The translations under genes were made by a program, and so were the position numbers. The notes beneath the pieces are model-generated. The model saw only the letters and a program-made list of their open reading frames with translations. It made no database searches and was not told the DNA's origin. Of a stretch of 38,726 bases of DNA, positions 7,191-15,581 are shown one piece after another (the first letter of the stretch is position 1; the number at the start of each line of letters is the position of its first letter). Source of the stretch: a virus (lineage: Duplodnaviria > Caudoviricetes); IMG/VR virus record IMGVR_UViG_3300034073_001913, positions 1 through 38,726 of that record. One strand, written 5' to 3'.

Positions 7191-7929
7191 CAAAGAATGG
7201 TTGAGAACCATTGAGCAATGCATGCGTTGGGGTAACGTTGTTGCTCCTCGCGGTAAGAAGATTAAGGAGCTGCTTGGTTATCAGACAATGATACCAATGG
7301 AATTTCCTGTGTTGACTGTTGAAGAGCGCAAGCTTGGCTACAAGTTTATGGCTGCTGAAGCTGCGTGGATCTTGAGTGGCGATAACAGAGTCAAGACCAT
7401 TGCGCCTTACAGCAAGGCGATCAGCAACTTCAGTGACGACGGTTACTTTTACCACGGTGCTTACGGGCCCATGATTCGCGATCAATTGCATTTTGTGATT
7501 GATGCTTTGAACAGTGATCCTGATACAAGGCAAGCGGTCTTGACCATTTGGCGTCCAAACCCAAGGCCTAGTAAGGACATTCCATGCACAGTCTCGATTC
7601 AGTTCTTGATTCGTGATGGTATGCTGCACGTGATTGACACCATGCGCAGCTCAGACTTGTGGCTTGGTTGGCCGTATGACGTGTTTAACTTCAGCCTGCT
7701 AGCTCGCTACGTGATCTGTCACTTGAAGGAGAAGCCAGAGCTCGGCAACTTGATCTTGCAAGCAGGCAGCATGCACTTGTATGAAGAGCAGTGGTCAGCA
7801 GCAGAAGACTTATTGGGCAAAGCTACTGAGGGTCCGGCAGTCATTCTGCCGTGGTTTGAGGATGGCGATGATTTGATTGACTGGTTATGGGAGCAAGCAG
7901 ATGGCAAAGGTATTCTCGAGGCCGAATAA
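7177..7929 (+). CDS. Thymidylate-synthase-family enzyme, Asp-type (probable dCMP methyl- or hydroxymethyltransferase)
   Basis: GAYGP, DTRQAV, DIPCT (catalytic Cys), MRSSDLWLGWPYD and SMHLY; Asp replaces the dUMP-specifying Asn. Confidence 0.85.
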   Translation: MPSTNKEWLRTIEQCMRWGNVVAPRGKKIKELLGYQTMIPMEFPVLTVEERKLGYKFMAAEAAWILSGDNRVKTIAPYSKAISNFSDDGYFYHGAYGPMIRDQLHFVIDALNSDPDTRQAVLTIWRPNPRPSKDIPCTVSIQFLIRDGMLHVIDTMRSSDLWLGWPYDVFNFSLLARYVICHLKEKPELGNLILQAGSMHLYEEQWSAAEDLLGKATEGPAVILPWFEDGDDLIDWLWEQADGKGILEAE

Positions 7930-8509
7930 AGATGCGTACTTTCTGGCTATGGCTTCTCTTGTCTCACTACGCGCGACGTGCCGCAGACGCCGCGTGGGAT
8001 GTGTACTTGTGGACGCTAATAATCACGTTCTCGCTACTGGGTATAACGGTGTTGCTCGTGGGCGGGATCACTGTCTTGATCGTCCTTGCCCTGGCGCAGA
8101 TTTTAAACCGGGCCTGGGCTTGGATCAGTGTGAAGCTATCCATGCAGAGCAGAACGCAATGCTCCAATGTAGGGACACACAAAGCATCGAGACCGCGTAC
8201 ATTACGGTAAGTCCATGCGTGACTTGCGTAAAACTCTTGATGAATACAAGCTGTAAGAGAATCGTGTTCATAGAACCCTATGCCCACAATCAAGCAGCAG
8301 ACTTATGGAAAGGCGAGTGGATTCACTATGGAACAGTTGACAATGTTTATGCCGAACTCAGGCTGGCAGCCGCCAAAGGAGTTCCCGAATTTGACGAACG
8401 TCAAGAGGATCTCTTTGGACTGCGAGACTCGGGATCCTCATCTCATGGAGAGAGGACCAGGCGGAGTGAGGTACGACGGGGAAGTTGTGGGGGTGAGTCT
8501 TGCGACTGA
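7901..8509 (+). CDS. dCMP deaminase (Zn-dependent)
   Basis: ATCRRRRVGCVLV, ATGYNG, HAEQNA and SPCVTC. Confidence 0.92.
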   Translation: MAKVFSRPNKDAYFLAMASLVSLRATCRRRRVGCVLVDANNHVLATGYNGVARGRDHCLDRPCPGADFKPGLGLDQCEAIHAEQNAMLQCRDTQSIETAYITVSPCVTCVKLLMNTSCKRIVFIEPYAHNQAADLWKGEWIHYGTVDNVYAELRLAAAKGVPEFDERQEDLFGLRDSGSSSHGERTRRSEVRRGSCGGESCD

Positions 8510-10202
8510 AGACGCGTCTTGGTATTTTCCTTTTGGACATGGCGGTGGAGATAACCTTCCTAAAGCTGCGGTTATTTCTTTTCTTGAAGAAGTGCTTGGC
8601 AAAGATACGGAGAAGATAGGTGCGAATCTCATCTATGACCTTGAGTGGTTACGTGCAGAAGGCATTCAAGTCAATGGTCCCATACGCGACATCCAAATCG
8701 CGGAGCCGCTTATTGACGAGAACCAGTCCAGCTACAGCCTCTCGGCGCTTGCTAAGAAGTACCTCGGCGAGGACAAAGATGAAACGCTTTTACGCCAAGC
8801 CGCCCATGCTGCTGGCGTCGACCCTAAAGGTGGACTTTGGAAGCTTGCAGCCAGGTACGTTGGTCCCTATGCCGAGGCAGATGCTGCCCTTCCAATACGT
8901 ATCTTCGATCTTCAGAAAAAGATCTTAGTCAAGGAGGACTTGTGGGACATCTTTGAACTTGAGTCAGATCTAGTCAACATCATGCTAGACATGCGGTTCA
9001 AGGGCGTCCGCGTCGACGTCGATAAAGCTGAGCAGCTAAACGACCAAGGCCTAAAAGACGAAGCCAGACTACTGGGCGAACTAAGAGACCTCGTCGGTTA
9101 CGTGATCGATCCATGGTCAGGCGATGATCTTGGCAGAGCCTTCAAGAAGTTAGACATCTGGTTCCCTGAGACGGCAAGGGGAAATCCTTCCTTCACTGGC
9201 GACTGGCTGGCTAATCACGAGCTACCAGTTCCAAAGAAGATTGCTGAGTATCGTAAACTGAATAAGATGCGTCGTGACTTTATTGAGGGCATGGTCCTCA
9301 AGATGGAACACTCAGGTCGCATTCATTGCCAGTTCCACGCACTGCGCAAAGACGAGTCAGGCACAAGGTCTGGTCGCTTCAGTAGCTCAATGCCTAACTT
9401 GCAGCAGGTTCCTGCCCGTGACGAGCATTGGGGCCCATTGATTCGTGGTTTGTTCTTGCCCGACGAAGGTATGCACTGGGCTAGCTGCGACTATAGCCAG
9501 CAAGAACCTAGGATCTTGGTGCATTATGCAGATATTCTTGGTTTGAAGGGCAGCGAAGAAGCCGTCAAGACCTACAGTGAATCAGCTGATACAGACTTCC
9601 ATCAAATGGTTGCTGACATGGCTGGCATCAAGCGTAAGCAAGCCAAGACCGTGAACCTCGGTATGTTCTATGGCATGGGCATTTACAAGCTCAGCCAAGA
9701 ACTTGGGCTCAGTCAAGACGAAGCCAGACCCCTGTTTGAGCAGTACCACGATCGCGTGCCGTTTGTCCGGCAGCTCAGTCAGCGCTGCACTCAGTCTGCT
9801 ACTCAAAAAGGCTGGATCAAAACCTTGCTTGGACGCAAGCGGCACTTTGATCTTTGGGAACCTGCTGATAGCCAGAACACTTGGCCAAACAGAGAGAACC
9901 CACTGAGCCGCGAACAAGCAGACAAGGTATGGCAAGGACGTCCATTGCGCAGGTCAATGACTCACAAGGCTTTGAATGCTCTCATTCAGGGTGGAGCTGC
10001 TGACATGACTAAGAAAGCGATGGTCGACTTGTACAAGGCAGGCGAGATTGCGCACATTCAAGTGCACGACGAGCTTTGCTTTAGTGTAAGAGATCGGGCT
10101 CATGGTGAGCGAATCAAAGACATCATGGAGTCCTGTGTTAAAATAGCTGTGCCGATCAAAGTCGATCTTGAGATGGGACCGACTTGGGGCGACAGTAAAT
10201 AA
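8328..10202 (+). CDS. DNA polymerase family A with 3'-5' exonuclease (start approximate)
   Basis: Exo I SLDCET; GTRSGRFSSSMPNLQQ; motif A DYSQQEPR; motif B RKQAKTVNLGMFYG; motif C VHDEL. Confidence 0.96.
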   Translation: MEQLTMFMPNSGWQPPKEFPNLTNVKRISLDCETRDPHLMERGPGGVRYDGEVVGVSLATEDASWYFPFGHGGGDNLPKAAVISFLEEVLGKDTEKIGANLIYDLEWLRAEGIQVNGPIRDIQIAEPLIDENQSSYSLSALAKKYLGEDKDETLLRQAAHAAGVDPKGGLWKLAARYVGPYAEADAALPIRIFDLQKKILVKEDLWDIFELESDLVNIMLDMRFKGVRVDVDKAEQLNDQGLKDEARLLGELRDLVGYVIDPWSGDDLGRAFKKLDIWFPETARGNPSFTGDWLANHELPVPKKIAEYRKLNKMRRDFIEGMVLKMEHSGRIHCQFHALRKDESGTRSGRFSSSMPNLQQVPARDEHWGPLIRGLFLPDEGMHWASCDYSQQEPRILVHYADILGLKGSEEAVKTYSESADTDFHQMVADMAGIKRKQAKTVNLGMFYGMGIYKLSQELGLSQDEARPLFEQYHDRVPFVRQLSQRCTQSATQKGWIKTLLGRKRHFDLWEPADSQNTWPNRENPLSREQADKVWQGRPLRRSMTHKALNALIQGGAADMTKKAMVDLYKAGEIAHIQVHDELCFSVRDRAHGERIKDIMESCVKIAVPIKVDLEMGPTWGDSK

Positions 10203-10212
10203 AGGAGAATGT

Positions 10213-10584
10213 ATGTGGATTTTTACTAAGGCAGGACTATTAAGTGTAGTGCAAAACCGCGCAGATAAGAACATGCTGCTTATTCGCGCACGTCAACCGC
10301 ACCACATCACCGACAATTTTGAAGGCAGCATACCGCAGTACACGCCAGACGCAGACTACCGGTATCGCATTCACTTGTCTAAAAGCGCTTTTGCAAAACA
10401 GCTAACCAAGTGGGTTAGTGAAATTGATTACCCGAACTTTAAGGATGCGGCAAACCCAGAGCTGTCTGGAGTCTACCTGCGCATCTGGTCAGAGGGTCTT
10501 AAACTTGAGGGCATTGAATATGCGAGAGTCTACCCTGTGGACTTTGATTCGGGAGAGGCTTCCCGGACACCTAGTCAGGATTGA
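10213..10584 (+). CDS. Conserved hypothetical phage protein
   Basis: AAAGGAG RBS; MWIF..G..SVV, IRAR, ADYRYR and IDYPNFK pattern. Confidence 0.8.
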   Translation: MWIFTKAGLLSVVQNRADKNMLLIRARQPHHITDNFEGSIPQYTPDADYRYRIHLSKSAFAKQLTKWVSEIDYPNFKDAANPELSGVYLRIWSEGLKLEGIEYARVYPVDFDSGEASRTPSQD

Positions 10585-10927
10585 GAACGTAGCCGGTGTT
10601 GGTGAACCAGATGTCAATGGCTGCCATGATGGCTCAGAAGCTTGGGTCGAACTTAAGATGGTCAAGGGAAACTACATCTATTTTCGAACCAGTCAGATGG
10701 CGTTCTTCAGCCGGCGTTGCAAGGAGAAGGGTCGGGTATTTGTACTAGCTAGGAAAGACGACGACATCATTGTGTTCAAGGCCGAATCAATCTTGGCAGT
10801 CGTTGACCTGTTAGAACCAGTGAAAGATGGTGCTTGCAAAATCAAGTGGGTTCTTATCCCGAACCCGCACGTATTTAGCAAGCCCTGGCCTTGGCAAAAG
10901 ATCGCGGATTTAATCTATAAATCCTAG
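10520..10927 (+). CDS. PD-(D/E)xK nuclease, Holliday-junction-resolvase / VRR-NUC-like
   Basis: RIEN..GVGEPDV...WVELK...SQ. Confidence 0.8.
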   Translation: MRESTLWTLIRERLPGHLVRIENVAGVGEPDVNGCHDGSEAWVELKMVKGNYIYFRTSQMAFFSRRCKEKGRVFVLARKDDDIIVFKAESILAVVDLLEPVKDGACKIKWVLIPNPHVFSKPWPWQKIADLIYKS

Positions 10928-10928
10928 C

Positions 10929-10952
10929 TTATTGCCAATAAAGTGATATGAT
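10929..10952 (+). promoter_or_regulatory. Palindrome plus extended -10 promoter for the replication genes
   Basis: TTATTG-C-CAATAA (10929-10941), then TG-A-TATGAT (10944-10952). Confidence 0.55.
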
Positions 10953-10971
10953 CAATAAACAGAAAGGAGAA

Positions 10972-11295
10972 ATGATGACAGTGTACGTGGTTCAGGAACC
11001 CCGAGGAATTAACTTGATGCCAGCAGAGAAATACGGTCGGCTGCAGGTCTTGTTGCCACCCGGCAACGTGGCTTACAGCGCCGCGCCTACGGTTTCTCGG
11101 TTAAAGCGCGGGTTAGCTCGGTTCACTGATGAGGATTATTTGCTGATGGTCGGCGATCCTGCTGCCATCGCAGTAGCTGGTGCCGTAGCCACGATGCTCA
11201 ACAATGGACGCATGAAGGTCTTGAAGTGGGATCGTCAGGAGATGCGGTACTACGTGGTTGAATTCGATTTAATGAGGAGAAGCGATGACTACTGA
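10972..11295 (+). CDS. Conserved hypothetical protein
   Basis: AAAGGAG RBS; VYVVQE, DYLLMVGDP and LKWDR. Confidence 0.8.
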   Translation: MMTVYVVQEPRGINLMPAEKYGRLQVLLPPGNVAYSAAPTVSRLKRGLARFTDEDYLLMVGDPAAIAVAGAVATMLNNGRMKVLKWDRQEMRYYVVEFDLMRRSDDY

Positions 11296-11812
11296 TGTCA
11301 CACCAGGCGACGACAGCCTGAAAGTCGTAGCTGAACTTGCTGCTAAGCAGGTGCAGCTTGAGAAAGATATAGAGGATCTAGAAGCACAGTTGAAAGAGAA
11401 GACAGAAGCCTTGTCCCAGGTACAGGAAAAAGATTTGCCTGAAGCCATGATGGAATGTGGCATCAGCGAGTTTAAGCTTGTTGATGGCAGCAAGATTACT
11501 GTCAAGCCTTTCTACCAAGCTAACCCTCCAAAAGAGAAGTACGAAGAAGCGATGCAGTGGCTGCGCGACAATGGTCATGGTGACTTGATCAAGAACGACG
11601 TGACTGTAAGCTTTGGCAAAGGTGAAGATGAGCGTGCCGTAGACTTCAAGACTTTCTTGAAAGACCACGGTACTTCATACACCGACAAGACTGGCGTTCA
11701 TGCTATGACGTTTAAAGCGTTTGTGCGTGAGCAAGTAGAAGCAGGTAGGAACTTGCCCTTCGACCTGTTAGGCGTTTACATCGGGCAGAAAGCAACCATT
11801 AAGAAAGGATAA
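11285..11812 (+). CDS. Conserved replication-module protein (coiled-coil N-terminus)
   Basis: GAGGAG RBS; LPEAM, WLRDNGHGDLIKN and VHxxTxKAF motifs; precedes the SSB-like gene. Confidence 0.75.
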   Translation: MTTDVTPGDDSLKVVAELAAKQVQLEKDIEDLEAQLKEKTEALSQVQEKDLPEAMMECGISEFKLVDGSKITVKPFYQANPPKEKYEEAMQWLRDNGHGDLIKNDVTVSFGKGEDERAVDFKTFLKDHGTSYTDKTGVHAMTFKAFVREQVEAGRNLPFDLLGVYIGQKATIKKG

Positions 11813-11817
11813 CTCAA

Positions 11818-12567
11818 ATGGCCAAGAACGAAGTAGCCGAAAAGAAACAGGGTGGCGCCCTGGCAGTGATTGACTTTGCAGCTGATGCTGGTATGGGCAT
11901 GGAGGGAATGACTAGTCAAGACATGGCTATTCCATTCTTTAACATCTTGCAAAAGCTTTCGCCTCAACTAGACACCTTGCCTGACGCAAAGGCCGGCATG
12001 ATCTTCAACACAGTTACTGAGGAAGTCTTTAAAGAGATCTTGGTAATCCCTTGCGCGTACAAGCGTGAGTTCGTTGAGTGGCGTCCACGCGAACAGGGTG
12101 GCGGTCTTGTTGGTCAGCACTCAATCACATCCTCAGTCGTCACCGACGCTAAGAACGTGAATGGCAAGTTGACTACTGCTGCAGGCAACATCCTTGTCGA
12201 GACTGCTTATCACTTCGTGATACGGATTGAGCTTGACACCGGAGTCATGGAGCCTGGTTTGATTACTATGTCAAGCACGCAGCTGAAGAAGAACCGTCGT
12301 TGGAATAGCTTGATGAACAACTTGAAGGTGCAAGGTCCATCTGGTCCTGTTACTCCTGCGCGTTTTAGTCACATGTACAAGCTTGCTTCTGTTGCAGAAC
12401 AGAATGACAAGGGCGCGTGGAGTGGTTGGACTATCGATATGGTAGGTCCTGTTACAGAGCCCGGTTTGTATCAAGCAGCTCGTGATTTTGCGCAACAGGT
12501 AATGGCTGGTGCAGTGAAGACCGCCGCTCCTGAAGCTGATCACACAGAGTCCCACAACGCGTTTTAA
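11818..12567 (+). CDS. Putative single-stranded DNA-binding protein
   Basis: Lies before the primase; ILQKLSPQ, MSSTQLK and NDKGAW; short tail ending in Phe. Confidence 0.6.
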   Translation: MAKNEVAEKKQGGALAVIDFAADAGMGMEGMTSQDMAIPFFNILQKLSPQLDTLPDAKAGMIFNTVTEEVFKEILVIPCAYKREFVEWRPREQGGGLVGQHSITSSVVTDAKNVNGKLTTAAGNILVETAYHFVIRIELDTGVMEPGLITMSSTQLKKNRRWNSLMNNLKVQGPSGPVTPARFSHMYKLASVAEQNDKGAWSGWTIDMVGPVTEPGLYQAARDFAQQVMAGAVKTAAPEADHTESHNAF

Positions 12568-12572
12568 CGAAA

Positions 12573-12606
12573 GGGCCCGGGGTTCGCAGCCCCGGGTTTT
12601 TTATTT
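12573..12606 (+). terminator. Rho-independent terminator
   Basis: GGCCCGGGGT-TCGC-AGCCCCGGGTT hairpin plus T-tract. Confidence 0.85.
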
Positions 12607-14094
12607 ATGCTCATAGAAAATTTCATGGAGATTTTCGAGGGCTTGCCACGTGCGCATGGAACATATGTCATCAAGGGTAGTCGTCAAGACAACAAGTTGA
12701 CAGGGAAAGCCACGACTATTCGTGAGCCAGTGACCAAGGATCTGTGGCAACAGCACCTCGAAGGTAAGCAAGGACTTGGCGTTATTCCAATCAACGACGA
12801 ATCCTTGTGCAAGTTTGGAGCCATCGACATTGACACGTACGATGGTAGCATTGACCTACCCAAGATCAATGCAGCAATACAAGAACTCAAGGTACCACTC
12901 TTCCCTTGTGCCAGTAAGTCAGGGGGCATTCACTTGTACCTGTTCACAAGCGAATGGGTAGAAGCTAGCTTGATTCAGCAGAAACTAAAAGACCTGGCAG
13001 CTTACATGGGCTACGGTGGCTGCGAAATTTTTCCGAAGCAAACCAAAATCCTCGCGGATCGGGGAGACATTGGTCAATGGATCAACATGCCTTATTTTGG
13101 CGACACGCGCTGGTGCCAAGGTATGAAGCCAGAAGCCTTCATTGAAAAGGTTATGGCCAACCGGTTTACTGCAAAGCAACTAGAAGACTTGGTCATCACT
13201 GTTAAGTCAGACTTTGAAGATGGTCCGCCTTGCTTGCAGCATCTTGCAACAAAAGGTTTTCCACAAGGGACACGCAACAATGGACTATTTAACATCGCTG
13301 TTTACTGCCGTAAAAAGAATCCCGACAATTGGGAAGGGGATCTGGAAGGATTTAATGTTCAGCTTATGGAGCCACCGCTCTCCTCATCTGAAGTACAAGG
13401 GGTCATTAAATCTGCGAAGAGAAAGGATTACCAATACACTTGCAGTAAGCCTCCTATTGCTCCTTACTGTAATGCTGCTGTGTGCAAGCTTCGTAAGTTT
13501 GGTATTGGCGCTAGCAGCGATATGCCTGCTGTTCACAGCCTCACAAAGTTTGACACTAACCCTCCCATTTGGTTCTTGGATATTGACGGTGGTGGTAGGC
13601 TGGAATTAGAGACAGACGATCTACACAACCAACGTCGTTTCCAACGCAAGTGCATGGAGCGCTTGAACGTGCTGCCTGCCAAGATGAACGACATTGCGTG
13701 GACCAAGCTCATCAACCACTTGCTTGAGAACCTGACTGTCATTGAGGCACCACCTGATGCATCGCCAGTTGGTCAGTTGTTCGAGTACATCGAGCGCTTC
13801 TGTACGGGACGAGTGCAAGCCAAGGCCAAGGAAGAGATCTTGCTTGGTAAACCCTGGTCTGACGGTACTAAGCACTATTTCAGGATGGCAGATCTGATGG
13901 CGTTCTTAGATCGCCACCACTTCAGAGATTACAAGGTGCACCAGGTTACTTCGATCTTGCGTGAGAACGGTGCTGAGCACCACTTCTTCAACATCAAGGG
14001 CAAGGGCATTAACTTGTGGGCGGTCAACGAGTTTGAGAAGCATCAAGGCGATTTTGATACTCCAGACGTAGGCGAGAGCGGAGAAATCTTTTGA
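12607..14094 (+). CDS. AEP-superfamily primase (prim-pol) with PriCT-like domain
   Basis: GAIDID, SKSGGIHLY, INMPY, PPCL and GTRNNGLF; no Walker A. Confidence 0.85.
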   Translation: MLIENFMEIFEGLPRAHGTYVIKGSRQDNKLTGKATTIREPVTKDLWQQHLEGKQGLGVIPINDESLCKFGAIDIDTYDGSIDLPKINAAIQELKVPLFPCASKSGGIHLYLFTSEWVEASLIQQKLKDLAAYMGYGGCEIFPKQTKILADRGDIGQWINMPYFGDTRWCQGMKPEAFIEKVMANRFTAKQLEDLVITVKSDFEDGPPCLQHLATKGFPQGTRNNGLFNIAVYCRKKNPDNWEGDLEGFNVQLMEPPLSSSEVQGVIKSAKRKDYQYTCSKPPIAPYCNAAVCKLRKFGIGASSDMPAVHSLTKFDTNPPIWFLDIDGGGRLELETDDLHNQRRFQRKCMERLNVLPAKMNDIAWTKLINHLLENLTVIEAPPDASPVGQLFEYIERFCTGRVQAKAKEEILLGKPWSDGTKHYFRMADLMAFLDRHHFRDYKVHQVTSILRENGAEHHFFNIKGKGINLWAVNEFEKHQGDFDTPDVGESGEIF

Positions 14095-15551
14095 CGTGGA
14101 CAATCATCTTTGGACCTCCAGGGACAGGCAAGACTACTGCAGGAATGCGGTTCATTGAAGAGCGTCTCGAGAAGGGGGTGAAGCCAGAGCGTATCGGCTA
14201 CATCGCCTTTACTAAAAAGGCGGCGAATGAGGCACGGAGCAGGGCAGCGGATCGCTTTGGGTTTACCAAAGACGACATGCCTTTCTTCCGGACCATCCAT
14301 AGTTTAGCCTTCCGACAATTAGGTATGAAGCCGACAGCCATGATGCAGCGTCCTAACTATAAGGAGCTTGGCGAGAAGCTTGGGATCGAGGTCAGTGGTT
14401 ACGGAAACACGGAAGATGGTCTGCTGCAGGGTATGCCGTTAGGCGACCGCTACTTCTTCCTTGACAACTTAGCCAGGATTACAAGGCAACCGCTGAAGAA
14501 GATCTGCGAAGAGTGCGGCGACGACGACATTGACTGGTACGAGCTTGACCGCGTTTCACGGACCTTGGTCCAGTACAAGAAGGTTCACGGGCTACAGGAC
14601 TTCACTGACTTGCTCGAGACCTGGCTGCAGGTAGGTATCGTGCCGAAACTAGATGCCGTCTTTGTCGACGAAGCCCAGGACTTGTCTGCCTTGCAGTGGG
14701 ACTTTGTAGAAAAACTAACGGAGAACGTACATGACAGATTCATCGCAGGTGACGACGATCAGGCTATCTATCGATGGGCCGGCGCAGACGTCGACCGACT
14801 TATTCAACTACCTGGAAAACGTATTGTCCTTGATCAATCGTACCGTGTACCAAGAGCAGTGCACAAACTGGCGACTCAAGTCATCTCAAGCGTATCGAAC
14901 CGTGTCACTAAACGGTTTAGACCAAGTGAGGTTGACGGTGGAGTTCACTGGCACTTTACCCCAGAAGAAGTGGACCTCAGTCAAGGTACCTGGCTCTTGC
15001 TCGCCAGAAACAGTTACCTAACCAAGCAGCTTGAAGAGATCTGCTTGAAGTCTGGGTATCCTTTCCAGTCAACAAAGAAGAACATGCTTGATGCCGATAG
15101 TCTCAAAGCAATAATTGCGTGGACACGGCTTTGTCGCGGCGAACAGATCAATGGCGACAGTTTAAGATTGGTCTATCGGTTCATGGGCATCAAACGCCGA
15201 ACCGATAAAGAAAGGATATACGTACTGCAAGACACTGGTCTTGAACCGGGGATCTGGCATGAGAAGCTTACCCACATTCCGTCGTCTGAGCGCGAGTTCT
15301 ACATCGCTGCCAGAAGACAGGGTGAGAGTCTAACCAAGGAACCCAGGATCAAGATCGACACGATTCACGCCGTCAAAGGTGGTGAAGCAGACAACGTTCT
15401 GATGCTGACAGACATGGCAGCCAGGTCGTACAAGTACATGCAACAGTACCCGGACGATGAAGCTCGGGTGTTTTACGTAGGAATGACTAGGGCACGGCAC
15501 AACTTGCACCTCGTGCAGCCGCAGACTAGCCTTTTCTACGAGATCGGATGA
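14091..15551 (+). CDS. UvrD/Rep-like SF1 helicase
   Basis: GPPGTGKTT, VDEAQD, GDDDQAIY, QSYR, TIHAVKGGE and YVGMTRA. Confidence 0.93.
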   Translation: MTWTIIFGPPGTGKTTAGMRFIEERLEKGVKPERIGYIAFTKKAANEARSRAADRFGFTKDDMPFFRTIHSLAFRQLGMKPTAMMQRPNYKELGEKLGIEVSGYGNTEDGLLQGMPLGDRYFFLDNLARITRQPLKKICEECGDDDIDWYELDRVSRTLVQYKKVHGLQDFTDLLETWLQVGIVPKLDAVFVDEAQDLSALQWDFVEKLTENVHDRFIAGDDDQAIYRWAGADVDRLIQLPGKRIVLDQSYRVPRAVHKLATQVISSVSNRVTKRFRPSEVDGGVHWHFTPEEVDLSQGTWLLLARNSYLTKQLEEICLKSGYPFQSTKKNMLDADSLKAIIAWTRLCRGEQINGDSLRLVYRFMGIKRRTDKERIYVLQDTGLEPGIWHEKLTHIPSSEREFYIAARRQGESLTKEPRIKIDTIHAVKGGEADNVLMLTDMAARSYKYMQQYPDDEARVFYVGMTRARHNLHLVQPQTSLFYEIG

Positions 15552-15581
15552 CTAGGATTATCCTAGAGAACGGGAAAAAAT

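Noticed and set aside
7177-7929. Plain thyA annotation
   Set aside because: Asp replaces the dUMP-specifying Asn, and the PCH/QRS motifs are altered
4600-8509. dU-for-T, 7-deazaguanine or 2-aminoadenine systems
   Set aside because: No recognisable Ugi, DpdA/Que/FolE or PurZ; the TS homolog points to C5-pyrimidine modification
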